This document shows positions 7,425 through 16,907 of a stretch of 62,724 nucleotides of DNA, piece after piece; the first letter of the stretch is position 1, and each line of letters opens with the position of its first letter. The stretch comes from Chthoniobacterales bacterium. GTDB taxonomy: Bacteria > Verrucomicrobiota > Verrucomicrobiia > Chthoniobacterales > UBA6821. The position numbers and the translations under genes are program-made. The notes beneath the pieces were generated by a model, which saw nothing but the letters and a program-made list of their open reading frames with translations, made no database searches and was not told the origin of the DNA. The stretch spans positions 1 to 62,724 of the forward strand of contig JBIIGI010000005.1 in NCBI GenBank assembly GCA_044236545.1, in the 5' to 3' direction.

Positions 7425-10400
7425 AAAAGATTTTCCAACATCCCGCGCGTGACGCGAAGCCGACCCTCTGGAGGACCAGCGGAGAGCTCGAGAATTCCGC
7501 GGAGTTCAACGAGTCGCTCGCACGCGAGTTCACCGATGCGGCCTCGGGCCGTGAATCAAGCGAGGGTCTCTCCCGTCGTGATTTCGTCCGCCTCATGGGA
7601 GCCGCCACCGCGCTGACCGGCGTGGGGCTGACCGGTTGCCGCCGTCCCGAGGCGCACCTCGTTCCCTTTGCCAAGAGCGCCGAGTGGACGGTTCCCGGGA
7701 AGTTCCTCTTCTACGCGAGCGCCATGCCGACACCGGCGGGCGCCGTTCCGCTCATCGTCACCACCAGCGATGGTCGCCCCACCAAGATCGAGGGGAATCC
7801 CCTCCACCCGCTCAGCAACGGCTCGACCGATGCCTTTGCCCAGGCCTCCGTCCTCGATCTCTACGACCCGAACCGTTCCAAGGAGATCAAGCACGACTCG
7901 CTGACCGTCGGTCGCGGCGATCTCGACAACCTGCTGGCCAAGATCCGCGCCACCGCGGGATCCAATGCCGGCGACGGCCTCGCGATCCTCGTAGGCAGGG
8001 AGAACTCCCCCACCGTCGAGCGTCTCCGGGCCGCACTGGTCCAGCAGTTCCCCAAGATCCTCTGGGTGCAGGACGAGGCGATTTCTTCTCGCGGCGCGGA
8101 GGAGGCCTTCGACGTCCTGTTCGGCGCGGGAGCCCGTCCCGCGTGCGATGTGGCCAGGGCTGATGTCATCCTCTCGATCGGCAGCGATTTCCTGAACCCC
8201 GCCGAGAGCGGCTTCGGTTTCGCCAACGGCTTTGCCAAGCGCCGCGATCCCAAGGGGTCGATGAATCGTCTCTACGTGGCGGAGAACCACTTCTCCCTCA
8301 CCGGCGGCATGGCCGACCACCGCCTCCGCGTCCGGGCCTCGGAATACGGCGACTTCGCCGCCGCGGTCGCCTCCGCTGTCGCCGCCAAGACCGGGGATGC
8401 CGGCCTCAATGCCCTTTCCTCGGCTTACAAGGGCACCGGTGTCACCTTTGATCCAGCCTGGATCAAGGGAGTGGCCGACGATCTCCTCTCCGCGAAGGGG
8501 AAGAGCCTTGTCCTTGTCGGCGCGCAGCAGCCTGCCGCGGTCCGAGCCCTCGTCATCGGGATCAATGCCGCCCTTGGCAATCTCGGCACGACCATTTCCG
8601 TTCGCCAGACTGGCGCCAAGCCCGCCGCGAAGCTTTCCGATCTCTGCGCCGCGATCAAGGCCGGCTCGGTCAAGACCCTCCTGATCCTCGGCGGCAATCC
8701 GGCTCACACCGCCCCCGCCGGCCTCGACTTCGCGAACCTTCTGGCACACGTCCCCGAGACGCTCCATCTCTCGCTCTTCACCGACGAGACGAGCAAGGTG
8801 ACCCACTGGCAGGTGCCCGCGGCCCATTATCTGGAGAGCTGGGGCGATGCCCGTTCCCTCGACGGCACGGTCTGCTCCGTCCAGCCGATGATCCTTCCGC
8901 TCTGGAACGGAATCTCCGCGATCGAGATCCTCGCGTCGCTGGCCGGCGAGAAGATCGACGGCCCCTCCGCAGTCCGCGCCACCTTCGCCTCCTACTCCAA
9001 GGATGCCTCCGACGCCGCCTGGCAGACCTTCCTGAAGAACGGCTTCGCCGCGGGAACCGCGTGGCCCCTCTCGGCACCGGCCTTCAACCAGGGTGCCGCC
9101 CTCGCTGCCGTCCAGTCGGCCAAGGGGAGTGCCTCCGGGGAGTTTGAGGTGGTCTTCCTCCGCAGTTCGAGCGTCGACGACGGCCGCTACGCTAACAATT
9201 CCTGGCTCCAGGAGACCCCCGATTTCGTTACCAAGCTCGTCTGGGACAATGCCGCCCTTGTCAGCCCCGCCGACGCCAAGGCTCTCGGCATCAAGGATGG
9301 CGACTGGCTCCGGATCACCGCCGGCGACCGATACATCGATGCCGCCGCCCTGATCGCTCCCGGCCATGCCGACCGCTCGGTCAGCATCGCCCTCGGCTAC
9401 GGCCGCAACGGCGTCTCCCACGTGATGGAGAAGGTCGGATTCGACGCCTACCCGCTCCGCGATTCCACCACGCTCGGATACCGTGCCGGTGTCGCCGTGA
9501 AGGCCCTGCCCAAGGATGCATACGTCTTTGCCCGCACGCAGGAGCACGAGAACATGGAGGGGCGCGACATCGCCCGCGAGGGGACGCTCGAGCAGTTCAG
9601 GGAGGAGCCGAACTTCGCCTCTGAGATGGATGGCGAACTCCCCAAGCCCGTTTCCATCTACCCGAATCCCCCGCTCACCGGCGATCTCCAGTGGGGTCTC
9701 TCGGTCGATCTGAATTCCTGCATCGGCTGCAATGCCTGCCTCGTCGCCTGCCGCGCCGAGAACAACGTCCCCGTCGTCGGCAAGGACCAGGTCCGCCGCG
9801 GCCGCGACATGGCCTGGATCCGCATCGACCGCTGGTTCGCGAGCGCCGATCACAGGGAGGAATCCCTCGAGATGATCCCGATGGCGGTGATGTGCCAGCA
9901 TTGCGAGAGCGCCCCGTGCGAGGCGGTCTGCCCGGCCAACGCCACCGTCCACAGCGAGGAGGGTCTCAACCTGATGGCCTACAACCGCTGCATCGGCACC
10001 CGCTACTGCGCCAACAACTGCCCCTGGAAGGTGCGCCGCTTCAACTGGTTCGACTACAACGAGCGCCCCCTCGACCAGCTCTACTACGGCCCGCTTGCGC
10101 CGAAGGGAATGGCCGACAGCCTCAAGATGGCCAAGAACCCGAACGTCACCGTCCGCATGCGCGGCGTGATGGAGAAGTGCACCTTCTGCATCCAGCGCAT
10201 CGAGGAGGCCAGGATCGGCCGCGCGGTGAAGGCCGGCGCCAGCGACGTCACCAAGACTCCGCTCCCCGCCTTCAAGTCCGCCTGCCAGCAGGCCTGCCCC
10301 TCCGAATCGATCGTCTTCGGCAACATCAACGACCCCGAGAGCCCGGTCTCCAAGGCCAAGGCCGACGCCCGCACCTACTCCTCGCTCGCCTACCTCAATA

Positions 10401-10516
10401 CGCGTCCGCGCGTCACCTACATGGCGAGGGTCCGCAATCCCAACCCGGCGATGCCCGGAGCCGATCTCGTCGGTGCCGCCAATCGTCGTAACGAGCACGC
10501 CACCCACTCCCACTAA
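7421..10516 (+). CDS. actB: Alternative Complex III subunit ActB (molybdopterin-oxidoreductase-like plus FeS domains)
   Basis: Start at ATG 7421 (ATGA overlap with the actA stop). Tat signal SRRDFVRLMGAATALTG. The C-terminal half carries ferredoxin-type Cys clusters CIGCNACLVAC, CQHCESAPCEAVCP, CIGTRYCANNCP and CTFCIQR. Confidence 0.9.
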   Translation: MKKIFQHPARDAKPTLWRTSGELENSAEFNESLAREFTDAASGRESSEGLSRRDFVRLMGAATALTGVGLTGCRRPEAHLVPFAKSAEWTVPGKFLFYASAMPTPAGAVPLIVTTSDGRPTKIEGNPLHPLSNGSTDAFAQASVLDLYDPNRSKEIKHDSLTVGRGDLDNLLAKIRATAGSNAGDGLAILVGRENSPTVERLRAALVQQFPKILWVQDEAISSRGAEEAFDVLFGAGARPACDVARADVILSIGSDFLNPAESGFGFANGFAKRRDPKGSMNRLYVAENHFSLTGGMADHRLRVRASEYGDFAAAVASAVAAKTGDAGLNALSSAYKGTGVTFDPAWIKGVADDLLSAKGKSLVLVGAQQPAAVRALVIGINAALGNLGTTISVRQTGAKPAAKLSDLCAAIKAGSVKTLLILGGNPAHTAPAGLDFANLLAHVPETLHLSLFTDETSKVTHWQVPAAHYLESWGDARSLDGTVCSVQPMILPLWNGISAIEILASLAGEKIDGPSAVRATFASYSKDASDAAWQTFLKNGFAAGTAWPLSAPAFNQGAALAAVQSAKGSASGEFEVVFLRSSSVDDGRYANNSWLQETPDFVTKLVWDNAALVSPADAKALGIKDGDWLRITAGDRYIDAAALIAPGHADRSVSIALGYGRNGVSHVMEKVGFDAYPLRDSTTLGYRAGVAVKALPKDAYVFARTQEHENMEGRDIAREGTLEQFREEPNFASEMDGELPKPVSIYPNPPLTGDLQWGLSVDLNSCIGCNACLVACRAENNVPVVGKDQVRRGRDMAWIRIDRWFASADHREESLEMIPMAVMCQHCESAPCEAVCPANATVHSEEGLNLMAYNRCIGTRYCANNCPWKVRRFNWFDYNERPLDQLYYGPLAPKGMADSLKMAKNPNVTVRMRGVMEKCTFCIQRIEEARIGRAVKAGASDVTKTPLPAFKSACQQACPSESIVFGNINDPESPVSKAKADARTYSSLAYLNTRPRVTYMARVRNPNPAMPGADLVGAANRRNEHATHSH

Positions 10517-10521
10517 CAGGT

Positions 10522-11943
10522 ATGGACGCGACCACTTCCAACGAGACCGCCGCTCCCGACCTGAGCGCCATCGCCCGCCCGCCGCAGGTGCTCAACAACC
10601 GCGGCCCGCTCTGGGTGACCGACGCGGTCTGCTCGATCGTCGAGGGGAAGACCCCGCTCTGGTGGTATGCCGCCATCTCCGTCTCCGGCACCTTCGCCGC
10701 GATCGGCGGAGCCTGCATCCTCTACATGATCGTGACAGGCGTCGGCGTCTGGGGTTCCAACAGCCCCTGCTTCTGGGCCTGGGACATCACGAACTTCATC
10801 TTCTGGGTCTCCATGGCCCATGCCGGATCACTCATCTCCGCGCTCCTCTTCCTGACCCGCCAGAAGTGGAGCATCTCGATCTCCCGCGCCGCCGAGGCGA
10901 TGACCGTCTTTGCCATCGTCTGCGCCGGCGTCTATCCCGCGATCCATATCGGGCGCGTCTGGTTCGTCTGGTTCCTCTTCCCCGTGCCCAACAGCTACGG
11001 CATGTGGCCGAACTTCTCGAGCCCTCTGCTCTGGGACGTCTTCGCGGTGACCAGCTACCTGACCGTCTCCTCGCTCTTCTGGTTCGCCGGCATGATCCCC
11101 GATCTCGCCGTCCTCCGCGACCGCGCCACGACGAAGATCCGCAAGTTCGCCTACGGCCTTGTCTCCCTCGGTTGGCTTGGTACCGCCCGCCAGTGGCGTC
11201 ACTACGAGATGATGTATGTCCTGCTGGCGGGACTCACCTCGGTCCTCGTCGTCACCGTCACCACGATCGTGGCCAGCGACTGCGCCACGTCGGTCGTCCC
11301 CGGTTGGCACGCCACCATCTTCCCCTTCTACTTCATGGTCGGCGCCGTCTACAGCGGAAGCGCCACCATCCTGACCCTGCTCATCCCGCTCCGCGCGATC
11401 TATCCCCAGCTCAAGGAACTGATCACCCCGTCCCACCTCGACAAAGTCTGCAAGCTCCTCCTCATGATGGGCTCCTGCGTGGGCTACGTCTACGTCTTCG
11501 AGCTTTTCAATGCCTGGTACAGCGCGAACCCCTTCGAGCGCGGAGCCTTCTGGGAGCGCTTCACCGGCAGCTACAGCTGGTATGCGATCACCTGTCTCTC
11601 GATCAACCTGACGATCCCCCAGCTCTTCTGGTTCAAGGCGGTTCGCCGATGCCTGCCGCTTGTCGTCATCCTGGCGCTCCTCTGCAATGTCGGCATGTGG
11701 TTCGAGCGCTTCATGATCGTGACCACCACGCTCACCCACGATTTCCTACCCTCCTCCTGGGGGAATTTCCACGCGACGATCGTCGACATCCTGACCGCTA
11801 CGGGAACGGTCGGCATCTTCTTCACGCTCTTCCTGCTCTTCATCCGCTTCGTCCCGATCATCAACATGAGCGAGCTCAAGGCCGCGCTTCCGGAATCCCA
11901 GCCCCATGGAGATTCAGGGCACTCAACCGGGGAGGGACGCTGA
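10522..11943 (+). CDS. actC: Alternative Complex III subunit ActC (NrfD/PsrC-like quinol-interacting membrane subunit)
   Basis: 473-aa polytopic membrane ORF immediately after actB. NrfD-like composition and position. Confidence 0.88.
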   Translation: MDATTSNETAAPDLSAIARPPQVLNNRGPLWVTDAVCSIVEGKTPLWWYAAISVSGTFAAIGGACILYMIVTGVGVWGSNSPCFWAWDITNFIFWVSMAHAGSLISALLFLTRQKWSISISRAAEAMTVFAIVCAGVYPAIHIGRVWFVWFLFPVPNSYGMWPNFSSPLLWDVFAVTSYLTVSSLFWFAGMIPDLAVLRDRATTKIRKFAYGLVSLGWLGTARQWRHYEMMYVLLAGLTSVLVVTVTTIVASDCATSVVPGWHATIFPFYFMVGAVYSGSATILTLLIPLRAIYPQLKELITPSHLDKVCKLLLMMGSCVGYVYVFELFNAWYSANPFERGAFWERFTGSYSWYAITCLSINLTIPQLFWFKAVRRCLPLVVILALLCNVGMWFERFMIVTTTLTHDFLPSSWGNFHATIVDILTATGTVGIFFTLFLLFIRFVPIINMSELKAALPESQPHGDSGHSTGEGR

Positions 11944-11945
11944 AG

Positions 11946-12530
11946 ATGAGCCATCACCTTCCCATCTGCGGATCCAAGGACGAGCCGCTCCACGCGATCG
12001 GAGCACGGTTCGACACCCCCGACCAGCTTGTGGCCGCGGTGAACCGCCTGCGTGCCGAGGGCTACTCCGCCTACGAATGCTTCACACCTTATCCGGTTCA
12101 CGGACTCGCCGAGGCGATGCGCCTGCCCAAGTCCCTCCTCAGCTTCCTCGTGCTGGGCGGCGGTCTCACGGCCATCCTGATCGCCTTCTCGATGGAGCTT
12201 ATCCCGAGCACCCTGATCTACCCGCTCGTCGTGGACGGCAAGCCCCTCAATCTCCTTGCCCTGCCCCAGTATGTGCCGATCGTCGTGGCACTCACGCTGA
12301 TGATCGGCGCCATCGCCGCGGTGAAGGGAATGATCATCCTCGGTGGCATGCCCCGCCTGAACAACCCGATGTTCGCCTGGGACCTCTTCGCCAAGGATGC
12401 CTCGCGAGGCTTCTTCCTCGCGATCGAGGCCGATGACAAAAAATTCACCACGACCGGAGTGACCGAGCTTCTCGATCAACTCGGAGCCGGCGATGTCACC
12501 GCCATCCATCTCGAGGAGGAATCCAAGTAA
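11946..12530 (+). CDS. actD: Alternative Complex III subunit ActD (DUF3341-like)
   Basis: In-frame ATG at 11946 (MSHHLPICGSKDEPLHAIGARFDTPDQLVAAVNRLRAEGYSAYECFTPYPVHGL...). Two C-terminal TM helices. Position after actC. Confidence 0.82.
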   Translation: MSHHLPICGSKDEPLHAIGARFDTPDQLVAAVNRLRAEGYSAYECFTPYPVHGLAEAMRLPKSLLSFLVLGGGLTAILIAFSMELIPSTLIYPLVVDGKPLNLLALPQYVPIVVALTLMIGAIAAVKGMIILGGMPRLNNPMFAWDLFAKDASRGFFLAIEADDKKFTTTGVTELLDQLGAGDVTAIHLEEESK

Positions 12531-12534
12531 CGCC

Positions 12535-13281
12535 ATGAGCCTCATCCGCTACTTCATCCTTCTCCTGACCCTGCTGGTCATCCTGGTGGTCTCCATCGCG
12601 GGACTGCGCGGCTGCAAGACCAAGCGCCCGCCGATCGAGATCTTCCCCGACATGGTACGCCAGCCCAAGGTGAAGGCCCAGGTTCCGAGCGGATTCTTCG
12701 CCGACGGACGCGGCTCCCGCGAGCCGGTCGCCGGGACGGTTCCCGTTGGCTACAGCGAGCCTGTAAAGCCGTCCGCCGCATCATCGGCATCCACTGCGTC
12801 GAATGGATCAAATGGCGCCGTCATGAGCGGCCCCTACGAGGTCGTCATTTTCTCCGGCAAGGAAGGCTACGCCGACACCGGAAAGAACGGCACCAACTGG
12901 GGCAACGGACTTCCCTTCAACGCCACCATGGCGACCCTCGAGCGCGGCCGTGAGCGTTACCAGATCCAGTGCGCCGTCTGCCACGGGGAGACCGGGGCCG
13001 GCAACGGCATCGCCACGAAGTACGGTCTTGTCGGCGTCGCAAGCCTCCACCAGCAGCGCCTCCGCGAGATGACCGACGGCGAGATCTACAACACGATCGC
13101 CAATGGGAAGAACACGATGCTCGGATACGGATCGGTGATCCAGGTGCCCGATCGCTGGGCAATCGTCGCCTACATCCGCGCCCTGCAGCGCTCGCAGAAC
13201 GCGACGATCAACGACGTCCCCGCAGCCGAGCGTGCGGCCCTGCAGGGAACCAACTCCGCCTCCACCCCTGCCAAGCCCTGA
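12535..13281 (+). CDS. actE: Alternative Complex III subunit ActE (membrane-anchored monohaem cytochrome c)
   Basis: Internal ATG 12535 (MSLIRYFILLLTLLVILVVSIAG, TM anchor). Single CAVCHG haem motif. Confidence 0.85.
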   Translation: MSLIRYFILLLTLLVILVVSIAGLRGCKTKRPPIEIFPDMVRQPKVKAQVPSGFFADGRGSREPVAGTVPVGYSEPVKPSAASSASTASNGSNGAVMSGPYEVVIFSGKEGYADTGKNGTNWGNGLPFNATMATLERGRERYQIQCAVCHGETGAGNGIATKYGLVGVASLHQQRLREMTDGEIYNTIANGKNTMLGYGSVIQVPDRWAIVAYIRALQRSQNATINDVPAAERAALQGTNSASTPAKP

Positions 13282-13284
13282 CCG

Positions 13285-14481
13285 ATGAGCAACGAGCAGA
13301 CATCACTACCGGCCCCGGAGACCTTTGACTACAAGCATGTCGGGGGCCGCTTCGTCGGCCTCTGCCTGACGGCGGTCGTCACCCTCGTCATCTCCCTGGT
13401 GCTCGGCTTGGGTGACCCGAAGCAGTTCGCCTTCTCCTGGCTCTTCGCCGGAAGCTTTTTCTTCACCCTCCTGATCGGCTCCCTCTTCTGGGTCGTGGTC
13501 CATCACGCTGTCGACAGCGCCTGGAGCGTCGGGATCCGCCGCCAACTCGAGAACATCTCCTGCCTGCTGCCGCTGCTGGCCCTGCTGCTTGTGCCGCTCT
13601 TTTTCGTGGCGCCTCTCGTCTGGACCTGGATGGCATCGGATCCCGCCCACGACCATGAGCTGGCCGAGAAATCCGCCTACCTGAACGTCAACTTCTTCTG
13701 GCTGCGCACGGCCTTCTACTTCCTGCTCTTCGGCATCGTGGCCGCGCTCCTGCGCCGCAACTCGATCGCGCAGGACAAGGACGGGGCCGCCATCCACACG
13801 ATCCGCAACCGCCGCGTGGCCTTCTTCATCATCCCCGTCGGTGCCATCGCGCTGACCTTCTGGTCGTTTGACTGGATCATGGGCCTGAACATCCGCTGGT
13901 ATTCCACGATCTTCGGTATCTACCTCTTTGCCGGATCCGCCCTCGCGGCGCTCTGCCTCATCATCCTTCTTGCCAACGCGCTACGCTCCGCCGGTTACCT
14001 CGGGCGGGTCCTGACCGCCCAGCACAACTTCGCCTTCGGCAAGCTGCTGCTCGCCTTCACGCTCTTCTGGTCCTGGATCGCCTACGTCCAGTACATGCTC
14101 ATCTGGTATGCGAACATCCCCGAGGAGACCGCCTACTATGTCCTCCGCTCGACGGGCTCCTGGAAGGTGCTCGGCATCGTCCTTGTGGTCGGCCACTTCC
14201 TCATCCCCTTCACGCTTCTCATCTTCCGTGCGCCGAAGGCGAGCGCCGGCTTCCTCGGGTTGGTTGCGGGGTGGATCCTGGTAATGCACCTGCTCGACCT
14301 CTACACCATGATCCTTCCCGTGCTCCACCCGGAGGGATTCCACCCCGCCGTCCTGGACATCGCGGCAGTCATCGCCATCGGCAGCACCCTGGGAGCCGTC
14401 TTCCTCAAGAAACTGGGCGATTCCCCGCTCTGGCCCTCCCGTGACCCGCGCCTCGCCGAGGCCGCCAATTACAACGACTGA
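13285..14481 (+). CDS. actF: Alternative Complex III subunit ActF (polytopic membrane subunit)
   Basis: 398-aa highly hydrophobic ORF in the canonical actF position. Confidence 0.8.
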   Translation: MSNEQTSLPAPETFDYKHVGGRFVGLCLTAVVTLVISLVLGLGDPKQFAFSWLFAGSFFFTLLIGSLFWVVVHHAVDSAWSVGIRRQLENISCLLPLLALLLVPLFFVAPLVWTWMASDPAHDHELAEKSAYLNVNFFWLRTAFYFLLFGIVAALLRRNSIAQDKDGAAIHTIRNRRVAFFIIPVGAIALTFWSFDWIMGLNIRWYSTIFGIYLFAGSALAALCLIILLANALRSAGYLGRVLTAQHNFAFGKLLLAFTLFWSWIAYVQYMLIWYANIPEETAYYVLRSTGSWKVLGIVLVVGHFLIPFTLLIFRAPKASAGFLGLVAGWILVMHLLDLYTMILPVLHPEGFHPAVLDIAAVIAIGSTLGAVFLKKLGDSPLWPSRDPRLAEAANYND

Positions 14482-14813
14482 TGACACACCATCACGAGAC
14501 ATCCCATGAGAGCGCGACCGCATCGCGCGGTCCCGGCATCCTGCTCGGCGTGGCCGTGCTGATCCTGCTCCTGATCGCCGCCGCCGGCGCCCTCTGGATC
14601 AACCGCTCCGGTTCCGCCACCGAACTCGAGGATGCGACGCGCGCCGCCGAGCGGACGAAGAACCTCGCGGAACTTCAGGCGGCCGACAAGGCGGCCCTCA
14701 CCACCTACGGATGGAACGACAAGGCCAAGGGTGTTGTCCGCATTCCGATCACTCGCGCGATGGAACTGGTCCTCCCGACGCTGAAAACCGCCGCCAAGCC
14801 TTCCCAGCAATGA
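14481..14813 (+). CDS. small single-TM protein (possible ACIII/oxidase accessory subunit)
   Basis: 110 aa with one TM (ILLGVAVLILLLIAAAGALWI). TGATG junction with actF and ATGA junction with the next gene imply co-translation with the cluster. Confidence 0.55.
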   Translation: MTHHHETSHESATASRGPGILLGVAVLILLLIAAAGALWINRSGSATELEDATRAAERTKNLAELQAADKAALTTYGWNDKAKGVVRIPITRAMELVLPTLKTAAKPSQQ

Positions 14814-16240
14814 TCGAGAACATCTTTCCCCATCATCACGCCGAAGAGGATCGCGGAACCGCCGCGACGCGCGCCGTCGACGCCTCCGTGCGCCTCCCGG
14901 TGCTGGTTCTTTTCGGCAATGCCGTCCATTGGCTGGTCGTCGCCTCGCTGATCTCCTTCATCCTCTCGGTGAAGTTGATCGCCCCCGGATTCCTCGGCGG
15001 CGTCAGTTTCCTCACCTACGGCCGTCTCGCGCCGATGGCGCGGGATCTCTTCCTCTACGGATGGGCTTCCCAGGCCGCGCTTGCCGCCGGCATCTGGCTG
15101 ATGGCCCGCCTCAGCGGACGGCCTCTCGGGGGGATTCTGCATTCCACGCTCTTGGTCAGCGCCACGGTCCTCTGGAACGTCGCCATCCTGCTCGGCACGC
15201 TTGCGATCTTCGCCGGTTACAGCACCGGGGTGGAATGGCTCGAGTACCCGAACTGGGCCTCGGCGATGCTGCTCCTCTCCTTCCTGCTCATCGGCATCTG
15301 GGCGGTGCTCCAGTTCGACCGCCGCACCAACGAGCGCGCCGAGGTCGCCCAGTGGTTCCTTGTCGCTGCCTTCTGCTGGTTCCCCTGGGTCTACGGCACA
15401 GCGAACCTTCTGCTCACCTGGAAGCCCGTTCAGGCCTCCGCGCAGGGACCGATCCAGTCGTGGTATTGCGGAAGCCTGCTTGCTCTCTGGCTTCTGCCGG
15501 TGGCCATCGCCGCCCTCTACGCCTTGATGCCCCGCCTGCTCGGTTGCCATCTGAACCGCCGCAATCTGGCGACCCTCGGATTCTGGATGCTGCTCCTGCT
15601 CGGGGGATGGAACGGCATGGAGCGACTCATCGGCGGCCCTGTTCCCGCCTGGATTACCTCGGCCGGCGTCGTGGCAGGAGTCCTCTTCCTGATCCCGGTG
15701 GTGATCGTCGCGATCAATCTCCTCGGCATGAGCGCTGATAAGAAAACCGATGTGGAGGAGGGTGTGGTGATTCGTTTTCTGAAGAGCGGGATCTACGCGA
15801 TGCTTTCGGTCGGAATCCTGGGAGCCCTCTGCGCGCTGCCGGAGATCAGCGGTGCTCTCCGCTTCACTGCCGTCACCGAGGCCAAGACCCAGCTCTGGAT
15901 TCTCGGGGCGATTTCCTTCCCGCTCTTCGCGGTGCTCTACGAGTCGTGCCCCGCCCTGCTGGGTCGCGACTGCTGGTGCTCCTCCCTCTCCGCCCGCCAC
16001 TACTGGTTCACCTTCTCGGGGCTCTGGCTGCTGGTCGGACTGATGCTCTTCGGAGGTCTCTTCACCGGACTCGCGCTGAACGACCCGACCGTCTCCTTCC
16101 TCAACATCACCTCCTACTCCTATCCCTTCCATGTCCTGGAGTGCGCGGCACAGCTCCTGCTTCTTGCCGCCGCGGTGATCCTCGGACTCAATCTCTCACG
16201 CGCCCTTGCGTGGGATTACCTCTTCCCGAAGAAGAAATAA
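14810..16240 (+). CDS. cbb3 oxidase subunit I (CcoN)-like membrane protein lacking all canonical haem/CuB histidine ligands
   Basis: Start at ATG 14810. Collinear similarity to CcoN (YGRLAPMARDLFLYGWA, YSTGVEWLEYPNW, SWYCGSLLA, GFWMLLLLGGWNGMERL). The ligand His positions are replaced; see findings. Confidence 0.8.
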   Translation: MIENIFPHHHAEEDRGTAATRAVDASVRLPVLVLFGNAVHWLVVASLISFILSVKLIAPGFLGGVSFLTYGRLAPMARDLFLYGWASQAALAAGIWLMARLSGRPLGGILHSTLLVSATVLWNVAILLGTLAIFAGYSTGVEWLEYPNWASAMLLLSFLLIGIWAVLQFDRRTNERAEVAQWFLVAAFCWFPWVYGTANLLLTWKPVQASAQGPIQSWYCGSLLALWLLPVAIAALYALMPRLLGCHLNRRNLATLGFWMLLLLGGWNGMERLIGGPVPAWITSAGVVAGVLFLIPVVIVAINLLGMSADKKTDVEEGVVIRFLKSGIYAMLSVGILGALCALPEISGALRFTAVTEAKTQLWILGAISFPLFAVLYESCPALLGRDCWCSSLSARHYWFTFSGLWLLVGLMLFGGLFTGLALNDPTVSFLNITSYSYPFHVLECAAQLLLLAAAVILGLNLSRALAWDYLFPKKK

Positions 16241-16241
16241 C

Positions 16242-16886
16242 ATGCACCGCCTACCGACACTGCTCAGCGGTATCTTCCTGGTCTTCCTGACCTCCTGGCT
16301 CGGGTTGGTCGCCTATCCCGTGCTCGGATTGGGCCGTCTGGCCCCGGTGGCCGATGCCGATACCGGCGGCACCCTTCCTCCCGTCTACGGCGGTCAGGCG
16401 GTGGCGGGACAACGCGTCTACGCGACCGAGGGGTGCATCTCCTGCCACAGCCAGCAGGTCCGCCAGACAAGCATCACGCAGACCGACATCGAGCGCGGTT
16501 GGGGCGTGCGTCCCTCGGTGGCTCGCGACTATCTGCGCGACAGCACCTCCTTCCTCGGTTCCCGCCGGCTCGGCCAGGATCTCTCGAATGTCGGCGTGCG
16601 TCTTCCCGACGCCGCCTGGCACTACAAGCATCTCTACCATCCCTCCTCCGTCTGCGAGGGGTCGCTGATGCCCTCCTACAGCCACCTCTTCAGCCTCCGC
16701 AAGATCCAGGGACAGCGCTCCGACGAGGCGCTCAACCTGACCGGTGTGGATGCCCCGAAGCAGGGTTACGAAGTGGTTCCGACGGCGGAGGCGAAGAACC
16801 TCGTCGCCTATCTCCTCTCCCTGCGTCATGATTATCCCCTGCCCGAGGCTCCCGTGAAGAAAGCGGCTGCCGGGCCGGCCAAGTAA
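16242..16886 (+). CDS. cbb3 oxidase subunit II (CcoO/FixO)-like monohaem cytochrome c
   Basis: ATG 16242. N-terminal TM. EGCISCHSQQVR haem motif. GSRRLGQDLSNVG..WHYKHLYHPSSVCEGSLMPSY matches the CcoO signature, including the axial Met region. Confidence 0.85.
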   Translation: MHRLPTLLSGIFLVFLTSWLGLVAYPVLGLGRLAPVADADTGGTLPPVYGGQAVAGQRVYATEGCISCHSQQVRQTSITQTDIERGWGVRPSVARDYLRDSTSFLGSRRLGQDLSNVGVRLPDAAWHYKHLYHPSSVCEGSLMPSYSHLFSLRKIQGQRSDEALNLTGVDAPKQGYEVVPTAEAKNLVAYLLSLRHDYPLPEAPVKKAAAGPAK

Positions 16887-16907
16887 AACGATCCAGAACG
16901 ATCAGCC

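Noticed and set aside
7556-10513. 985-aa ORF antisense to actB
   Set aside because: It lies entirely opposite a strongly motif-supported gene. The product is a G/A/R/D/E/V-rich, low-information sequence of the kind high-GC antisense frames produce. No motifs were recognised.
10473-11945. 5' part of ORF 10473..12530 (685 aa), and similarly 19068..20282 of ORF 19068..21326
   Set aside because: These are out-of-frame read-throughs across actC and coxA. Only the 3' parts (actD from 11946, ctaA from 20283) look like real proteins.
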